A stretch of 64,000 nt of DNA from Aureliella sp. (GCA_963691875.1 OY829846.1:3616001-3680000), one strand, 5' to 3'. Numbered from the stretch's first letter, positions 12,003 through 23,816 are shown. The notes: generated by a model from the sequence alone, not told the origin. Numbers and translations: made by a program.

Positions 12003-14368
12003 ATCAATCCGGCCCTTTTTCGTAAGCCCCATTCTACAACTAGTAGAAGAATCGCCGCACAAAACCACCAATAGGATTGCCATAAAATCATCGTCGACAG
12101 CAGGATTTTGCCGCCACTGCGAGGACGAATGGCTTGAATCAACTCTTCCATCTCGCCCTCACCGAAATACTCTCCGCCACTTCGCTCGGCGATCTCCTGC
12201 AGCAAGCCGACGTTGCATGTCGTCGCGCTCATTTCCAAACTGACTGGCTGCAGAACGCCAAACTCGGACTCCAGACGCAACGCCTCAGCGGGAAAGCCAG
12301 CGGCTTCCAAACGGACCCGATAATCCCCAGCTGGCAAGTCGCCGGCTAGAGCACGATAGCTACCCTCCACTTCGGAATGCTCCCCCAAGACAAATCGTCG
12401 TTGCTTACCGCTAGAGTCCTCGACGACTGCTGTGACAGTTTGACCACTCCGAGGCATTCCGCTGTCGTCTCGGAGTCGGCATCGGATCTCCACGGACTCA
12501 CCGACTGCGTAACTGGGATCCCCAGTGTCCAAGGCGATGTAGTCGTTACTTTGGCTGTAAGGCTGCGACATCGTCCAGCGAACCCATTGATTCCAGATCC
12601 TCGTATGAACCTTATCAGCCTCCTCGAAACGCCAACGCCAAGTTTCATCCGTGGCAAAGTACAGAACACGCCCAGCTCCAGAACGCCGCGTCACCATCAA
12701 TGGATGAGTCGTATTTCCACGCTTCGCCTCCAGAAGGACTTCAGCGCCAAGCTGAGGTTCCACAGCTGCCAGAAAATCGACTTCAGGAAGCTCCTGCCAA
12801 AAACTTGAACTGGCTGCTGAATCTTCGTCCAACTGCAAGGCAGCTAGTTGTTCGCCAAGCTCAGTTGGCTCCACATTCCATTTTCCCTCCAACATGGACT
12901 CATTCCATCGCACCGGAAAAACTTCACGCAGAGCCTCATAACCTTCGTCCTTCAGATTTCCTCGCACACCATCGATGCAGATCAGCCCGCTGCCACGAAT
13001 GCTAACGAATTCGGCAAGATGCTCGAGAAACTCCGCGGGCAGTCGCCCAGGTGGCACATCGCCAAGGAAAACCAGGTCGTATTCAAACAAGTCCGCTTTC
13101 GTAAGCGGCAGTTCGTTAGTGGCGGCACTCGCAACAGATCTCTCGTTGCCCTCGGTAGTCAGGGCGTCATCACCGAGTAGCGAGTAGTCGGGCTTCAAAA
13201 TCACGCTCTTCAGTTCCCAGCTCGCATCGCGCGTGAACATGTTTTTGATGTAGCGCGTCTCCCAACGGCTGCGTCCGTCAACAAGCAGCAACTTGGCCCG
13301 CTGGGTAATTACCGAAGTGTACGCGGCTCGCGTGTTGTTACTTTCGATGCGATCATCAAGCGACTTCACTCGCACTTCCAACTTTACCGGTAGCGCGGCA
13401 TACTCCACGGAAGCATTCGCAGTCTTCGCAATGTCGAGCAGTTTTTGAACCGGAAACGAAAACGCGACCTTGCGAGCACTCTTGGCTTTCGAGGAAATGC
13501 TCTGCTCCCAAACAACCTCCCCAGAGTAATCCACCTGCACCGAATAGGATCGGCCTTTTGGAATCCTCTCGGCAATGGTGGCTGTGCCAAACAAATTGCC
13601 TTCAGAAAAGATCCGAGTCGCCGTCTGCACTTCGGCGACGTGCAGATCAGGCGTTTCCTCTGCAGGTCCGAAGCCAAGTGAAAAAACCGAAACGCCTTCT
13701 GGCAAATCCTCTGCAGTCGCAATAGGCGATGCGCCTGTGTTGTTTTGCCCGTCGGTTAAAAGGACGACAACCTTGTTGTTATCTGATCCTACCTCGCTTT
13801 TGCCGATGTTCTGTAAAGCGTTTCCAATGGCTGTCGAGGTGGAAAGCGATGTGTCGGAAACGAGAGCCGACGATTCAGGCAGAACAGGATTCTCGCCAGT
13901 TGGAGCTTCTAAGTCCTGCTGCCATTCTCTCTCCTCGCTCGAATCCCACAGAAACCGCAGTTCTCCGTCGTCACCGATGCTCTGAACACTCACATCAAAG
14001 CGATCTTGAAGTGCAGCTATCAATCCTGCCTCACCTCCGAGACTCTTTTCCGCTCGCTGAAGACGACCCAGCGCGTAAGGCCTGTCACCCTCAATCAGAC
14101 TCATGCTCTCCGAAGTATCAATGGCCAGGATCACTTTCCCCGGCTGGCCTTCGCGCTGTTCCGATTCAATGATCGGTTCCAAAAGTGTCAGTACGATCAA
14201 GGCAACGGCAACCGCGCGCAGGCTGGGAAGTATCCAGTCCAACGGCTTCGTGACGCTACCCTGCGTCTCCCTTCGGTAGAGCCACCAGGCAAGTCCACCA
14301 AGCAGAAACGCCAGTGAAAACCCTCCGAACACTGGAATATCAGACAAAAATTGAAGTGAGCCAACCAT
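11999..14368 (-). CDS. Membrane vWA-domain protein with glutamine-amidotransferase-like domain
   Basis: MIDAS AIDTSESM plus LLTDGQNN; GRVLYFATDETWRWR; C-terminal TM with EWGLRKR. Start 14368 gives a TGATG overlap with the upstream gene. Confidence 0.85.
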   Translation of the reverse strand: MVGSLQFLSDIPVFGGFSLAFLLGGLAWWLYRRETQGSVTKPLDWILPSLRAVAVALIVLTLLEPIIESEQREGQPGKVILAIDTSESMSLIEGDRPYALGRLQRAEKSLGGEAGLIAALQDRFDVSVQSIGDDGELRFLWDSSEEREWQQDLEAPTGENPVLPESSALVSDTSLSTSTAIGNALQNIGKSEVGSDNNKVVVLLTDGQNNTGASPIATAEDLPEGVSVFSLGFGPAEETPDLHVAEVQTATRIFSEGNLFGTATIAERIPKGRSYSVQVDYSGEVVWEQSISSKAKSARKVAFSFPVQKLLDIAKTANASVEYAALPVKLEVRVKSLDDRIESNNTRAAYTSVITQRAKLLLVDGRSRWETRYIKNMFTRDASWELKSVILKPDYSLLGDDALTTEGNERSVASAATNELPLTKADLFEYDLVFLGDVPPGRLPAEFLEHLAEFVSIRGSGLICIDGVRGNLKDEGYEALREVFPVRWNESMLEGKWNVEPTELGEQLAALQLDEDSAASSSFWQELPEVDFLAAVEPQLGAEVLLEAKRGNTTHPLMVTRRSGAGRVLYFATDETWRWRFEEADKVHTRIWNQWVRWTMSQPYSQSNDYIALDTGDPSYAVGESVEIRCRLRDDSGMPRSGQTVTAVVEDSSGKQRRFVLGEHSEVEGSYRALAGDLPAGDYRVRLEAAGFPAEALRLESEFGVLQPVSLEMSATTCNVGLLQEIAERSGGEYFGEGEMEELIQAIRPRSGGKILLSTMILWQSYWWFCAAILLLVVEWGLRKRAGLI

Positions 14369-16521
14369 CAGATTGCTCCCTTCGTGATCAACCGACCAAG
14401 CAGGATCTCTGCAAAAAGTAACACCAGCAAACCTATCAATAGCCAACGCCAGATCTCGCGACCGTTTACTTTTAGGCTCGCACTACGCTCGTACTCCTGC
14501 GAATCCTTCACCAGAGTCGCCCCAAGCGATCCGCACAGCTCCTGCAACTCGGTCGCAGACAGCAAAGTCGGATCCGACTCAGACGTATCGGATTGCACAG
14601 TAAACTGCGACGGCTTCGCAGCTACCTGCTCTTCTGCAGCCTGCCGATACAAACCTGGTGCCATAACCGCTACCTGACTACTTAAGCCGTCGGAACCGAA
14701 AGGCAGCTCGAGGCCCTCGCGCTGGTGCATGAACTTGCCTTCTTGCGCTGCATCGTGCTGAATCTGCACCGTTGCGCCTGCAGTTAGGTTGGGCGACACA
14801 TCGCCGCGACAGGCCATCTTGGCAAGCTGCTGAATCAAGGGAACGAATACTGGCCTCTGGGGTAAGTTTGACCAACTCTCGAGCAGTGAAAATGCACATT
14901 GCACCACCATGCCGTCGCCCGCGCGACAAACCTGCACGGCGGGAGAACCATCCTCGAATCGCAGCGCTGTGTAACTGCTACCGGCTGTCTTCTCGTTAGC
15001 TGCCTCCGCAACGATTGGTCGCCAAGACTTGAAGTCGAGAGAGAACAAATCACCGGCCTCGCTCCCATTGAAGATACTAAACCCCGGCGTTTGAATCGTT
15101 TCGCGAAGAAGCTTCATTTTGCCTTGCCCAGCAGATCGGTTGGCCAAAGTGTTTTCATACTGAGCTGGAAGCATTCCTGCCTCACGCCACGACTCGTACC
15201 AGCGCGAATCCATTTCGCCGCCCGCGAAAATCAGCAGACCACCACCTTCAAGTACAAATTCTTGCAGCGCTTCCGTTGCTTTGGGAGGTAGTTCAGAAGT
15301 GCCTTCGAGTATCACCAACTCAGGTTCTTCCCGGAACTTCAGATGCAAAACACCACCAACGGAATTCGTCACGCGAAAACGGTTCTCGGTTGTATTTTCT
15401 TCCCCGAAAGGCATCAGAGCAAGACGCAAGAAATCCCCGGCGTCTCGCGTTCTTTGCGCTCCCGGCACGCGAACTACACGCACAGGATCTTCTACTTGAA
15501 CAATCAATTCAGCCCGATCATCGCCTGGCATTCCACCGATGTCTTGCAGCGAAGCACTCAAATTGTGCCAGCCCATCGTGTCAAACTCGCAAGCAAGGCT
15601 CAGCTGTTCACTTGCCCCGGGCGCCAGAGACAATCGCTCCGATGCAACCGCTCGACCATCGACCTCAAAGAAGACTTCTAGATCTCGCTGAGTTTCGCCA
15701 TCATCTGCTGCAGCGAAACGCTTCACCGTAACGGAAAATCGCTTCGCTTGCCCGGGAATCATTCGAAAATCCTCAGGCTCCTCGAAGCGAACGGAGATAT
15801 TTTCGCCAGCGCTGCCCGGTTGCAATGAAAGCAACGTCAACTGCATCGGCGGATTGGCCTCTTCCAGCCTTTCGCGTAGCGCTGCGAGAGACGCTGCATC
15901 GACTCCCGACCAATCAGCTGCCCGAAAGTCACTTGCAAGGACCAACTGCTTGTTCGTACTGGTCGCATCACGTAGCTGATCTATGGCTGCCTCCAAACTT
16001 GAAACCGGATCGCTACGACCAGCCATCGGACGCACTTCACTTAGCCCACGAGCGAAACGACTATCATCAACAGTCGTTCCCTCAAAGGGCGAAACCTGCC
16101 GACTTAGTAGTGCTAAAGACTTTACCGAGCTTTTCCCCGCACCTGATACCGCAAGTAGTTCTCTTTTCGCACGTTCTGATGGAGTTAAACCTCCCGCCGG
16201 ATCACCCTGATCCATCGAGAAACTATCATCAAGTAGAAAGACGAATGCTCTTCCGCTTCCGCTAAGGCCCGCTAACTGCACGGCGGTAAGTACGGGCCGC
16301 GCGAGGCAGAATGCCAACAGGAGCGGAATGAGGCAGCGTATCAACAGCAGCAGCAACGACTCCCACTGCATCCGCCGCGAGTTGACCTGGATTGCTGACT
16401 CAAGCAGATGCATCGCACCCCAGTCGACGCTTTGAAAGCGCGTACGATTCAACAAGTGAATTAGTAGCGGTGCAAGAAACGCAGCAGCCCCGCCTAGCAA
16501 GAATATATTAAGAAAGCTCAT
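14368..16521 (-). CDS. BatA N-terminal domain + vWA + GATase-like protein
   Basis: MSFLN..APLLIHLLNR...WGAMHLL...LLLLIRCL...ARP is the BatA double-TM signature. MIDAS LLDDSFSM; WSNLPQRPVFVPL; C-terminal TM. Confidence 0.9.
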   Translation of the reverse strand: MSFLNIFLLGGAAAFLAPLLIHLLNRTRFQSVDWGAMHLLESAIQVNSRRMQWESLLLLLIRCLIPLLLAFCLARPVLTAVQLAGLSGSGRAFVFLLDDSFSMDQGDPAGGLTPSERAKRELLAVSGAGKSSVKSLALLSRQVSPFEGTTVDDSRFARGLSEVRPMAGRSDPVSSLEAAIDQLRDATSTNKQLVLASDFRAADWSGVDAASLAALRERLEEANPPMQLTLLSLQPGSAGENISVRFEEPEDFRMIPGQAKRFSVTVKRFAAADDGETQRDLEVFFEVDGRAVASERLSLAPGASEQLSLACEFDTMGWHNLSASLQDIGGMPGDDRAELIVQVEDPVRVVRVPGAQRTRDAGDFLRLALMPFGEENTTENRFRVTNSVGGVLHLKFREEPELVILEGTSELPPKATEALQEFVLEGGGLLIFAGGEMDSRWYESWREAGMLPAQYENTLANRSAGQGKMKLLRETIQTPGFSIFNGSEAGDLFSLDFKSWRPIVAEAANEKTAGSSYTALRFEDGSPAVQVCRAGDGMVVQCAFSLLESWSNLPQRPVFVPLIQQLAKMACRGDVSPNLTAGATVQIQHDAAQEGKFMHQREGLELPFGSDGLSSQVAVMAPGLYRQAAEEQVAAKPSQFTVQSDTSESDPTLLSATELQELCGSLGATLVKDSQEYERSASLKVNGREIWRWLLIGLLVLLFAEILLGRLITKGAI

Positions 16522-17450
16522 TTCTTTTTAGCTTTCCCTCGCTGGCGTTTAGCTACCAAACGCTTAATCACTTCTCCGCAAGGCTCATCGGTCGTGCAAG
16601 TAACAAGGTCGATACGCAACTTCGACGTTTCGGTTTCTAACTGTTCGCGAAACTCTTCGACGCGTTTCAGGTAAGCTTTGCGGAGCGCGCCGGGATCCAG
16701 CAGGTGCTTGGATGCATTTTCCAATGAACGAAACTCAGTGCGGTTGCGAAAGGGAAACTCGAGTTCGTCCTGATCCCAGATCTGAAACAGGATGACATCG
16801 TGACCTTGATGCCGAAAATAGGCCAAGGATTTGGACAGACTTTCGATCGCGTCAAAGCAGTCTGAGATCAGAATCAGCATCCCGCGCCGCTTGACCTTCG
16901 ATGCGACTCTCTGCAGAGCCACACCCAATGAAGTCTCACCACCTGGCCGCGACGATGCTAAAACGCGGAGCAACAAGTTCATATGTCCCATGTTGGATCG
17001 CGGCGGTAGGTTCTGCTGCACATCGGTGTCCACCGTACTAAGCCCCACCGCATCCTGCTGAGAGAGCAATAGCATCGACATGCAAGCCGCTAGACGTACC
17101 GCGTACTCGTGCTTGGTGAGTCCGTCCGCCTTCTTGCCGCCATATTTCATCGAACCACTTTGGTCGAGCACAATCGTGGCTCGCAAGTTGGTTTCGTCTT
17201 CGTACTGGCGAATAAACAAACGATCCGATTTGCCGTACAGTTTCCAATCGATCGTACGCAACTCATCTCCGTGAACGTACTCGCGATGCTCCTTGAACTC
17301 GACACTTGAGCCTCGGAACGGCGAACGATGGCGACCACCTGTGACACCTTCCACCACACCGCGGGCAAATAGCTGCAAGCGATCGACAGCGTCGCGATCC
17401 TGCTCCGACAGATTGGCCGAAGAAGCTTTATCCTGAGACACGGAACTCAC
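16518..17450 (-). CDS. DUF58 (vWA-like) MoxR-associated protein
   Basis: GRHRSPFRGSSVEFKEHREYVHGDELRTIDWK...YEDETN; VLDQSGSM; LISD. Confidence 0.95.
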   Translation of the reverse strand: MSSVSQDKASSANLSEQDRDAVDRLQLFARGVVEGVTGGRHRSPFRGSSVEFKEHREYVHGDELRTIDWKLYGKSDRLFIRQYEDETNLRATIVLDQSGSMKYGGKKADGLTKHEYAVRLAACMSMLLLSQQDAVGLSTVDTDVQQNLPPRSNMGHMNLLLRVLASSRPGGETSLGVALQRVASKVKRRGMLILISDCFDAIESLSKSLAYFRHQGHDVILFQIWDQDELEFPFRNRTEFRSLENASKHLLDPGALRKAYLKRVEEFREQLETETSKLRIDLVTCTTDEPCGEVIKRLVAKRQRGKAKKK

Positions 17451-17456
17451 AGCAGC

Positions 17457-18470
17457 CTATTTGCTCCCTAGGTCCTGCAGAGCACGAGCGACTAAGTCGT
17501 CCGCGATCAAGCCTTCCGAATCTGCTGAAAAACTCGGAACAATTCGATGTCGCAACACGGGAGCCGCCAAGAAATGTAGATCCTCGATGCCGACATGATA
17601 CCGCCCGGTCAGCAAGGCCCGGGCTTTCGAGGCCAAAACGAGTTGCTGCGAAGCACGAGGCCCTGGCCCCCAGTCCAGCATGTCAGCCGTCCAAGGCAAT
17701 GGACTATCGCCGCCAGGACGCAGACTACGTACGAGATCCAAAACGGCTTGTTTGACGTTGTCCGCCAGTGGAACCTTTCGAACCAGTTGCTGAAACTCGA
17801 TCATATCCTCGCCACGAATAACTGGTTTGAGACTGGTCGATGCGTCAGAAGTAGTCAGATCGATGATATCTGCTTCTTGATCGCGTGTCGGATAATCGAC
17901 CGTAACCTGGAAGAGAAAACGATCTCGCTGAGCTTCAGGCAGCGGATAGGTTCCTTCTTGTTCAATTGGATTCTGAGTCGCCAAAACGAAGAAGGGCTCG
18001 GCAAGTTTGTAAGTTGTACCGCCAACCGAAACTTCATGCTCCTGCATCGCTTCGAGCAACGCAGCTTGGGTCTTTGGTGGCGTACGATTGATCTCGTCAG
18101 CCAAAACCATCTGCGAAAAGATCGGCCCCTTTTCGAAAACGAGCTGACGCTGCCCGGTTTCTTTGGATTCCTGAATGATGTCCGTTCCAGTAATATCTGC
18201 GGGCATCAAGTCAGGCGTGAACTGAATACGGTGGAAGCTTAGATCCATGGCTTGAGCCAAAGATCGGATCATCAAAGTCTTAGCCAGTCCAGGCACGCCT
18301 TCCAACAAACAATGACCTCGAGCGAGCATGGCTATTAGCAGCTGCTCCATTACGCCATCCTGGCCGATAACCGCTTTGGCTACTTGCTCACGAACTCTAC
18401 CACACGTCTCCCGCAAACGTTCCGCAGCCGCGACATCTTCATGCTTGGATTCAAAAACTTCACTCGACAA
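17457..18470 (-). CDS. moxR: MoxR-family AAA+ ATPase
   Basis: Walker [24 protein letters not shown], Walker [51 protein letters not shown] upstream of the TTG start. Confidence 0.97.
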   Translation of the reverse strand: MSSEVFESKHEDVAAAERLRETCGRVREQVAKAVIGQDGVMEQLLIAMLARGHCLLEGVPGLAKTLMIRSLAQAMDLSFHRIQFTPDLMPADITGTDIIQESKETGQRQLVFEKGPIFSQMVLADEINRTPPKTQAALLEAMQEHEVSVGGTTYKLAEPFFVLATQNPIEQEGTYPLPEAQRDRFLFQVTVDYPTRDQEADIIDLTTSDASTSLKPVIRGEDMIEFQQLVRKVPLADNVKQAVLDLVRSLRPGGDSPLPWTADMLDWGPGPRASQQLVLASKARALLTGRYHVGIEDLHFLAAPVLRHRIVPSFSADSEGLIADDLVARALQDLGSK

Positions 18471-18623
18471 AACGAACTCCTGAAAACTGGGGCAGGGCGT
18501 TAGATTCCGTTGCTGTAGCGACTGGCGAGGCAGGGAAGGGCGGGAAAAATGGCAGGAAAGTCAAAAATGTTCTCAGTATTGTAATCGAGTCTAGCAGGCC
18601 AGAGTTACCTACGAGATTGGTTC

Positions 18624-18645
18624 ACCTACCCAATAGTGGGTAGGT
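18624..18645. promoter_or_regulatory. Perfect inverted repeat ACCTACCCA-N4-TGGGTAGGT, candidate operator
   Basis: 9-bp perfect arms in the divergent moxR/DUF1592 intergenic region, with no downstream T-tract on either strand. Confidence 0.5.
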
Positions 18646-18801
18646 CGAAAAAAGACTCCCACAGCGACACAAGACATCGACAAGCCCAGAAGCAATACAA
18701 AACCTGCTGCCGCAGTGAGCCACTGGTGCCTTGGCGCAGTCAGGCAAAGGGCGTTTGAGTTAAGATAGCGTCCCACTCTATCCGCTCGAGCTCTCCTCGC
18801 C

Positions 18802-21228
18802 ATGCTTCGCCTTATACTTCTGACTGTCGTCTCATCCGTCACGCCACTCACCGCGTCAGACGAGCCTCTCGAGGTCTTCTTAGCCCAACACTGCGTCCAT
18901 TGTCATGGCCCAGGGAATGCGGAACGTGACTTGCGAGTGGATATGCTTTCGCGCGAGTTCAAAAGTGGCAAAGATGCGCACCTGTGGGCCGAGATCGTCG
19001 AGCGAATCAATGCGGGTGAAATGCCGCCTAAGGAGGAGCCACAACCAACTGAGGATGAAATTGCCGAAGTAGTTTCAGCACTCAGTACTCGGATCCGCCA
19101 GGGACGAGCGGCGAGAATGGCCGCGCGGCCACCCGTCGCGCACTATCGGCTCAGTCGACAGGAGTATCAGAATACCGTCTACGATCTGCTTGGCGTGCGC
19201 TACGATGCATCTAAGCCTGGCGAACTCAATGCTGATCCGTTGTGGCATGGCTTTGAACGGATCGGCTCGCAGCTCTCGCTCTCCCCATCTCATGTGGAGC
19301 GTTACTACCGTGCGGCGGACATCGTTTTGTCTCGCGCGTTTCCTAAGAAGCCTGTAGAACCACGCAAGGTTCGCAAGACGGCCGCGGATCTCCGATATGG
19401 CGGGGGAAAAACGCAACAGCAGTACTTGGATCGTTTCGGAATCAAAAGATCGCTTCGCGCTCTGATTTTTCCTGGCCGATTGCAACCGGCATTTCGGTAC
19501 AACTGGTTCGGCCACTCGGGGCCAGAGCACAGTGGCCTTTACCGAGCGCGAATGCAAGTCAGTGGTATCCGCCCACCAGAGGGACAGATCGCTCACATGC
19601 GAATTGGCAAACGCCTGGCTGAAGACTCGAATGAAGGATTGGTCGAACTTGATGTGATCGCATCGGAGGATGAGCCAGAGATCCTGGAATTTGAAGTCTT
19701 GTTGGAAATGCCGGCCAGCTTGGATTTTCGAGTTGTCGCATCGGACATCATCGATCGCCGAAAAGGGGCTCACTATCGGAACGCCCTCTCCAGCCCCAAC
19801 TATATGTTCACGCACAGTAGTGAATCTACGCTTCTGAACCCGGTCGCGCCACAGATGTTCGACGAAGAGGGCAACGGGATTTTCTCATGCGTCTTGCTAG
19901 ATTGGATCGAGTGGGTAGGCCCCCTTCAGACAGAAGCTGAACGGGCTACTCGAGATGGTGTGTTTCCCGATGAGGGTGCTTCGGCAGAGATTGTGGCAAG
20001 GCATTTAAAGCAATTTGCCGAACGCGCGTGGCGCCGACCGGTTGGAACTGAGGAGCTTGGACCGTACCTTCGCGTTTACGATGCAGAGCGGAAGGAAGGC
20101 GAGGGAGTGTCGGACGCTCTTAAAATTGCGTTGGCCGGCATACTCACGTCGCGCCATTTTACCTACTTGGTCGAGGGAAGTCAGGAGACGCGCGAGCAAC
20201 TGAATGATTGGGAGTTGGCTTCACGACTCTCTTATTTCTTGTGGAGCTCAATGCCCGATCAAGAATTGTTCGATGCTGCACGAAATGGACTGGTGGACGA
20301 CAGTGATAGCCTTGCAGAGCAAGTAGACCGCATGCTTAGCGATCCGAAGATCGAACGTTTTGTTCAGGATTTTCCACGACAGTGGCTGCAACTGCATCGG
20401 CTTGGGATGTTCCCGCCTGACGCCAAACTCTATCCAGATTACGAAGTGTGGCTGGAGGCCAGCATGCGAGGCGAAGTGGTTCACTTCTTCGAGGAAGTAT
20501 TTCGGGGCAACCTGCCGATCAGTGAGTTCCTGCAATCTGATTGGACCATGGCCAACCCGCGGCTTTGCGAATTCTACGGATTACCCGAACCGAAATCGTC
20601 TGGCTTCCATCGCGTCGAGCTTGACCAAAACGACAATCGCGGAGGCTTGTTGACGATGGGCGCAATCCTTGGCTTAACCTCGGATGGGACGCGGCACAGA
20701 CCGGTGCACCGTGGAGTATGGGTGAGCGAATCGATTTTCGGAGCAACGCCGCCTCCGCCGCCAGCGAATGTTGAGCCGATCGAGCCGAATCCGCCGTCGA
20801 GCCCCAAAGCGACAATTCGCCAGAAACTCGAGGCTCACGCGAAGGACCCAAACTGTGCAGCTTGCCATCGCAATATCGATCCGCTGGGCTTCGCCTTCGA
20901 TCAATATGATGCGCTTGGGAGTTGGCGTACGCATGAGTTGGTGGAAGAGGGGACGGGCGCCAACCCGCCTGTAGACCCAACTGGCTCACTGCCTGATGGA
21001 CGCTCCTTTCAGGACGCAGGACAGTTCAAACAACTTTTGTTGGAAGACAAGGAGCGTTTTCTTAACGCCTTTGTCGAACATCTATGTACATACGCTCTTC
21101 GACGAGTGATGACTGTCGATGACCAAGAAAGTATGCAAAGTATTGTGGACGAGGCGAAAGCCAGGCAGTATCGCCTGAACGACATTGTTCGTGCAGTGGC
21201 ATTGTCTCACTTGATGCGGAAACGATAG
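18802..21228 (+). CDS. DUF1592-family (DUF1587/1595/1592/1588/1585) planctomycete di-heme cytochrome c protein
   Basis: Signal peptide; CVHCH and CAACH heme motifs; [43 protein letters not shown]...PVHRGVWV. Confidence 0.93.
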   Translation: MLRLILLTVVSSVTPLTASDEPLEVFLAQHCVHCHGPGNAERDLRVDMLSREFKSGKDAHLWAEIVERINAGEMPPKEEPQPTEDEIAEVVSALSTRIRQGRAARMAARPPVAHYRLSRQEYQNTVYDLLGVRYDASKPGELNADPLWHGFERIGSQLSLSPSHVERYYRAADIVLSRAFPKKPVEPRKVRKTAADLRYGGGKTQQQYLDRFGIKRSLRALIFPGRLQPAFRYNWFGHSGPEHSGLYRARMQVSGIRPPEGQIAHMRIGKRLAEDSNEGLVELDVIASEDEPEILEFEVLLEMPASLDFRVVASDIIDRRKGAHYRNALSSPNYMFTHSSESTLLNPVAPQMFDEEGNGIFSCVLLDWIEWVGPLQTEAERATRDGVFPDEGASAEIVARHLKQFAERAWRRPVGTEELGPYLRVYDAERKEGEGVSDALKIALAGILTSRHFTYLVEGSQETREQLNDWELASRLSYFLWSSMPDQELFDAARNGLVDDSDSLAEQVDRMLSDPKIERFVQDFPRQWLQLHRLGMFPPDAKLYPDYEVWLEASMRGEVVHFFEEVFRGNLPISEFLQSDWTMANPRLCEFYGLPEPKSSGFHRVELDQNDNRGGLLTMGAILGLTSDGTRHRPVHRGVWVSESIFGATPPPPPANVEPIEPNPPSSPKATIRQKLEAHAKDPNCAACHRNIDPLGFAFDQYDALGSWRTHELVEEGTGANPPVDPTGSLPDGRSFQDAGQFKQLLLEDKERFLNAFVEHLCTYALRRVMTVDDQESMQSIVDEAKARQYRLNDIVRAVALSHLMRKR

Positions 21229-21249
21229 GACTCGAGTACCAGCAGAGTT

Positions 21250-22620
21250 ATGAGCGAATCACAGAAAAAGTCTTGGTGGATTCATCGGCGACACGCGCTG
21301 CGAGCTGCAGGTAGTTGCATCGCACTTCCGCTGCTCGAATGCATGCAGTCTTCGGAAGCCAAAGCGTTGGAAGACGCACCGAACCACCCGAAACGAAGCG
21401 TCTTTATCTACATTCCAAACGGTGTGAATACGCTCGACTATCAGATCACCAGACCTGGGAAAGACTATCAATTTTCTCGCACACTCAGTCCGCTGAAAAA
21501 ACATCGCTCGGTGATTACTCCGATCAGCGGGTTGTACCATCCCGGCGGGCTCGGGCACCATCACAACTGCCAGAAAATTTGGTTGACTGGTGGCAAACTT
21601 GGTCCGTCAGATCGCAACACGATCTCGGTGGACCAACGAATGGCTCAGGTGACAGGGCCTCACACGCGCTTTCATTCGCTCGAGATTTCCAATAAAGGTG
21701 AGTCGCTGGCTTGGACTGCCGATGGGATTCGTCTACCAGGCATGAGCCGCTGTCGGAATGTCTTTTCGCATCTATTCGAAGAGCCCAAGGATGGCACCGA
21801 AGCTCAGAGACGGATGCTTCGACGCAAAGGCAGTGTACTGGACGCGAATCTGGAGGAAGTGCGGTCATTGGAACGCAAGCTTGGTGGTGCCGACAAAGGG
21901 CGTTTGACGCAGTATCTCAGTGCCGTCCGCGAAACGGAGATTCGCACGCGGCGCGCCGACTCTTGGCTGGATGTCCCACGCCCTGAAATTGCTGCGGCGG
22001 ACCGAGATCGCACGAACCGAGATGTTCCGCAGTCACAAGCAGGCGAGTATTTTAGAACCATGTACGACTTGATCGTTCTTGCATTCCAGACCGATGCCAC
22101 ACGAGTTGCAACTTTCAGCAGCGGCATTGAAGGACAAGGCATTCCCATCCCAGAGTTGGGAATCACACAGACTCGACATGCTCTCAGTCACCATAACGGC
22201 GATCCTGGTCACATGGAAAAATTGACGCAGAGCGATACCTTTGCGGTAGAGCAGTTCAGCTACTTCCTGAGTCGACTCGCCGAAACCAATGACTTAGATG
22301 GAAATCCGTTGCTCAATACTACGATGGCTCTTTTCGGAAGTGGCATGGCCTATGGGCACAGCCATGGCAATGCGAATCTGCCGCTAGTTCTTGCAGGAGG
22401 TAGCGCACTTGGGTTGCGGCATGGCCAGCACTTGGACTTCAACGAAGGTCATTTTAACGGCTACGACCTGGAGAATCATCGCGGCCACTATCAACTCTGC
22501 AGCCGTCCTGCAAATCCCGAGGCACACATGAGCAACCTGTTGCTGATGATGGCGCAAAAGATGGACGTCGAGACAGAGCATTTCGGCGACAGTAACAACA
22601 GCTTGGAGCTAAGCAATTGA
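21250..22620 (+). CDS. DUF1552 family protein
   Basis: [15 protein letters not shown] twin-Arg-like leader; [47 protein letters not shown]. Standard partner of DUF1592. Confidence 0.93.
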   Translation: MSESQKKSWWIHRRHALRAAGSCIALPLLECMQSSEAKALEDAPNHPKRSVFIYIPNGVNTLDYQITRPGKDYQFSRTLSPLKKHRSVITPISGLYHPGGLGHHHNCQKIWLTGGKLGPSDRNTISVDQRMAQVTGPHTRFHSLEISNKGESLAWTADGIRLPGMSRCRNVFSHLFEEPKDGTEAQRRMLRRKGSVLDANLEEVRSLERKLGGADKGRLTQYLSAVRETEIRTRRADSWLDVPRPEIAAADRDRTNRDVPQSQAGEYFRTMYDLIVLAFQTDATRVATFSSGIEGQGIPIPELGITQTRHALSHHNGDPGHMEKLTQSDTFAVEQFSYFLSRLAETNDLDGNPLLNTTMALFGSGMAYGHSHGNANLPLVLAGGSALGLRHGQHLDFNEGHFNGYDLENHRGHYQLCSRPANPEAHMSNLLLMMAQKMDVETEHFGDSNNSLELSN

Positions 22621-23816
22621 GAGCGTTCAATTTCCAGTTCTTGCTTTTTTTCTACTGTTTCGTCGGCGCTTCGCCTGGCAAAGCAGATGAACCCTTTCGT
22701 TCGCAACCTGTAGTATTTCCGCCGGCCGAGGAGGCCAGGGCGTACCGTGGCGAGTTGGTCTTCGTGGACCATGTGAATCGAAGAGGTAGTCTTCGATTGC
22801 AGGTCGACGGTGTTTACCGTGAGATCGCCCCGCATCCTTTCGCGATGCTGCCCTATGGAATGATCTATTATCGTGGCGCTCCTGCGGAGCTACGTGATAT
22901 TCCAATTGGTACTGTCCTCTACGGCCGTTTCTATTTGCCGCCTGATCTCGCGACTTCAGTTGTGCCTGTCGTGAAGCAGGCGAAGGCCGGCTTACCACGC
23001 GAAAACCATGCGATTTTGCTTGAGGACGGGCCAAGTCTATGCTTGCGTGAGGGTAAATCATGGAAACTGAAACAGGTGACAACAAAGGTCGAGTCAGGCG
23101 AGCTTACTGTGCAGCTGGACCGAGAGGACGGAGGCGAAGGTCTTGGAGGCGAGCACAAAATCACTATCGATTCCTCTACTCGAATTTGGCGCGGTAGAGA
23201 ATTGCTCTGTATCGGAGACTTGATGGCCGAAGGGACATGGCCGAAAGGCGGTACAAAGGCCTGCGATGATCTACCGATCCACCTTGGTCTGACTTGGCAT
23301 CCGCGCTATTTGTATCAACAGTTTCATGCCGCGGACATCTGGCTGGATGAGGTTGCATCGAACGTTGCTAGAGAGCGGCAGCGGCAGGTCCATATTCGCC
23401 ATATCCGTTACCGCTGGATGCCAGCCCGGGTCGACTCAGTGGAGTATGGCGAGTTCGGCGAAGCGACAGTTCAGGTGACGCTGTTTGGCGGTATGGACGA
23501 AAGCCTCTATGCTGACTTCAAGACAGGTACTGGAGGACAAATGGCAGCATCCGAAAGCACACTTCGCACCTATTGGCCTGATCACGACGGTATGGAAGGC
23601 AGGATCGAAGCGGTGGAGCGAGTCGACGGCGAAGTTCCACTCGGTAGCAGTGGCATTCAAGTGACATTCTCTGTCAACTTGGTGCTGGAAGGATTTCGCC
23701 CAGGCCGCATCGTTCGGATTCGCCCCAATAGCTGGCCGAGAGTCAAACCTCCCAAAGAAGAGCTTATCAACGGTTTCCAAGATCGTTGGCCAAGCCCCGA
23801 CATTTTCAAGAAGTAA
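22617..23816 (+). CDS. Conserved secreted hypothetical protein coupled to DUF1552
   Basis: TTG start overlaps the DUF1552 stop (TTGA); signal-peptide-like N-terminus; 399-aa beta-rich ORF. Confidence 0.75.
   Translation: MRAFNFQFLLFFYCFVGASPGKADEPFRSQPVVFPPAEEARAYRGELVFVDHVNRRGSLRLQVDGVYREIAPHPFAMLPYGMIYYRGAPAELRDIPIGTVLYGRFYLPPDLATSVVPVVKQAKAGLPRENHAILLEDGPSLCLREGKSWKLKQVTTKVESGELTVQLDREDGGEGLGGEHKITIDSSTRIWRGRELLCIGDLMAEGTWPKGGTKACDDLPIHLGLTWHPRYLYQQFHAADIWLDEVASNVARERQRQVHIRHIRYRWMPARVDSVEYGEFGEATVQVTLFGGMDESLYADFKTGTGGQMAASESTLRTYWPDHDGMEGRIEAVERVDGEVPLGSSGIQVTFSVNLVLEGFRPGRIVRIRPNSWPRVKPPKEELINGFQDRWPSPDIFKK

Noticed and set aside
18606..18615. TACCTACGAG shared with the carA leader hairpin
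   Set aside because: A 10-mer match is expected by chance in 64 kb.
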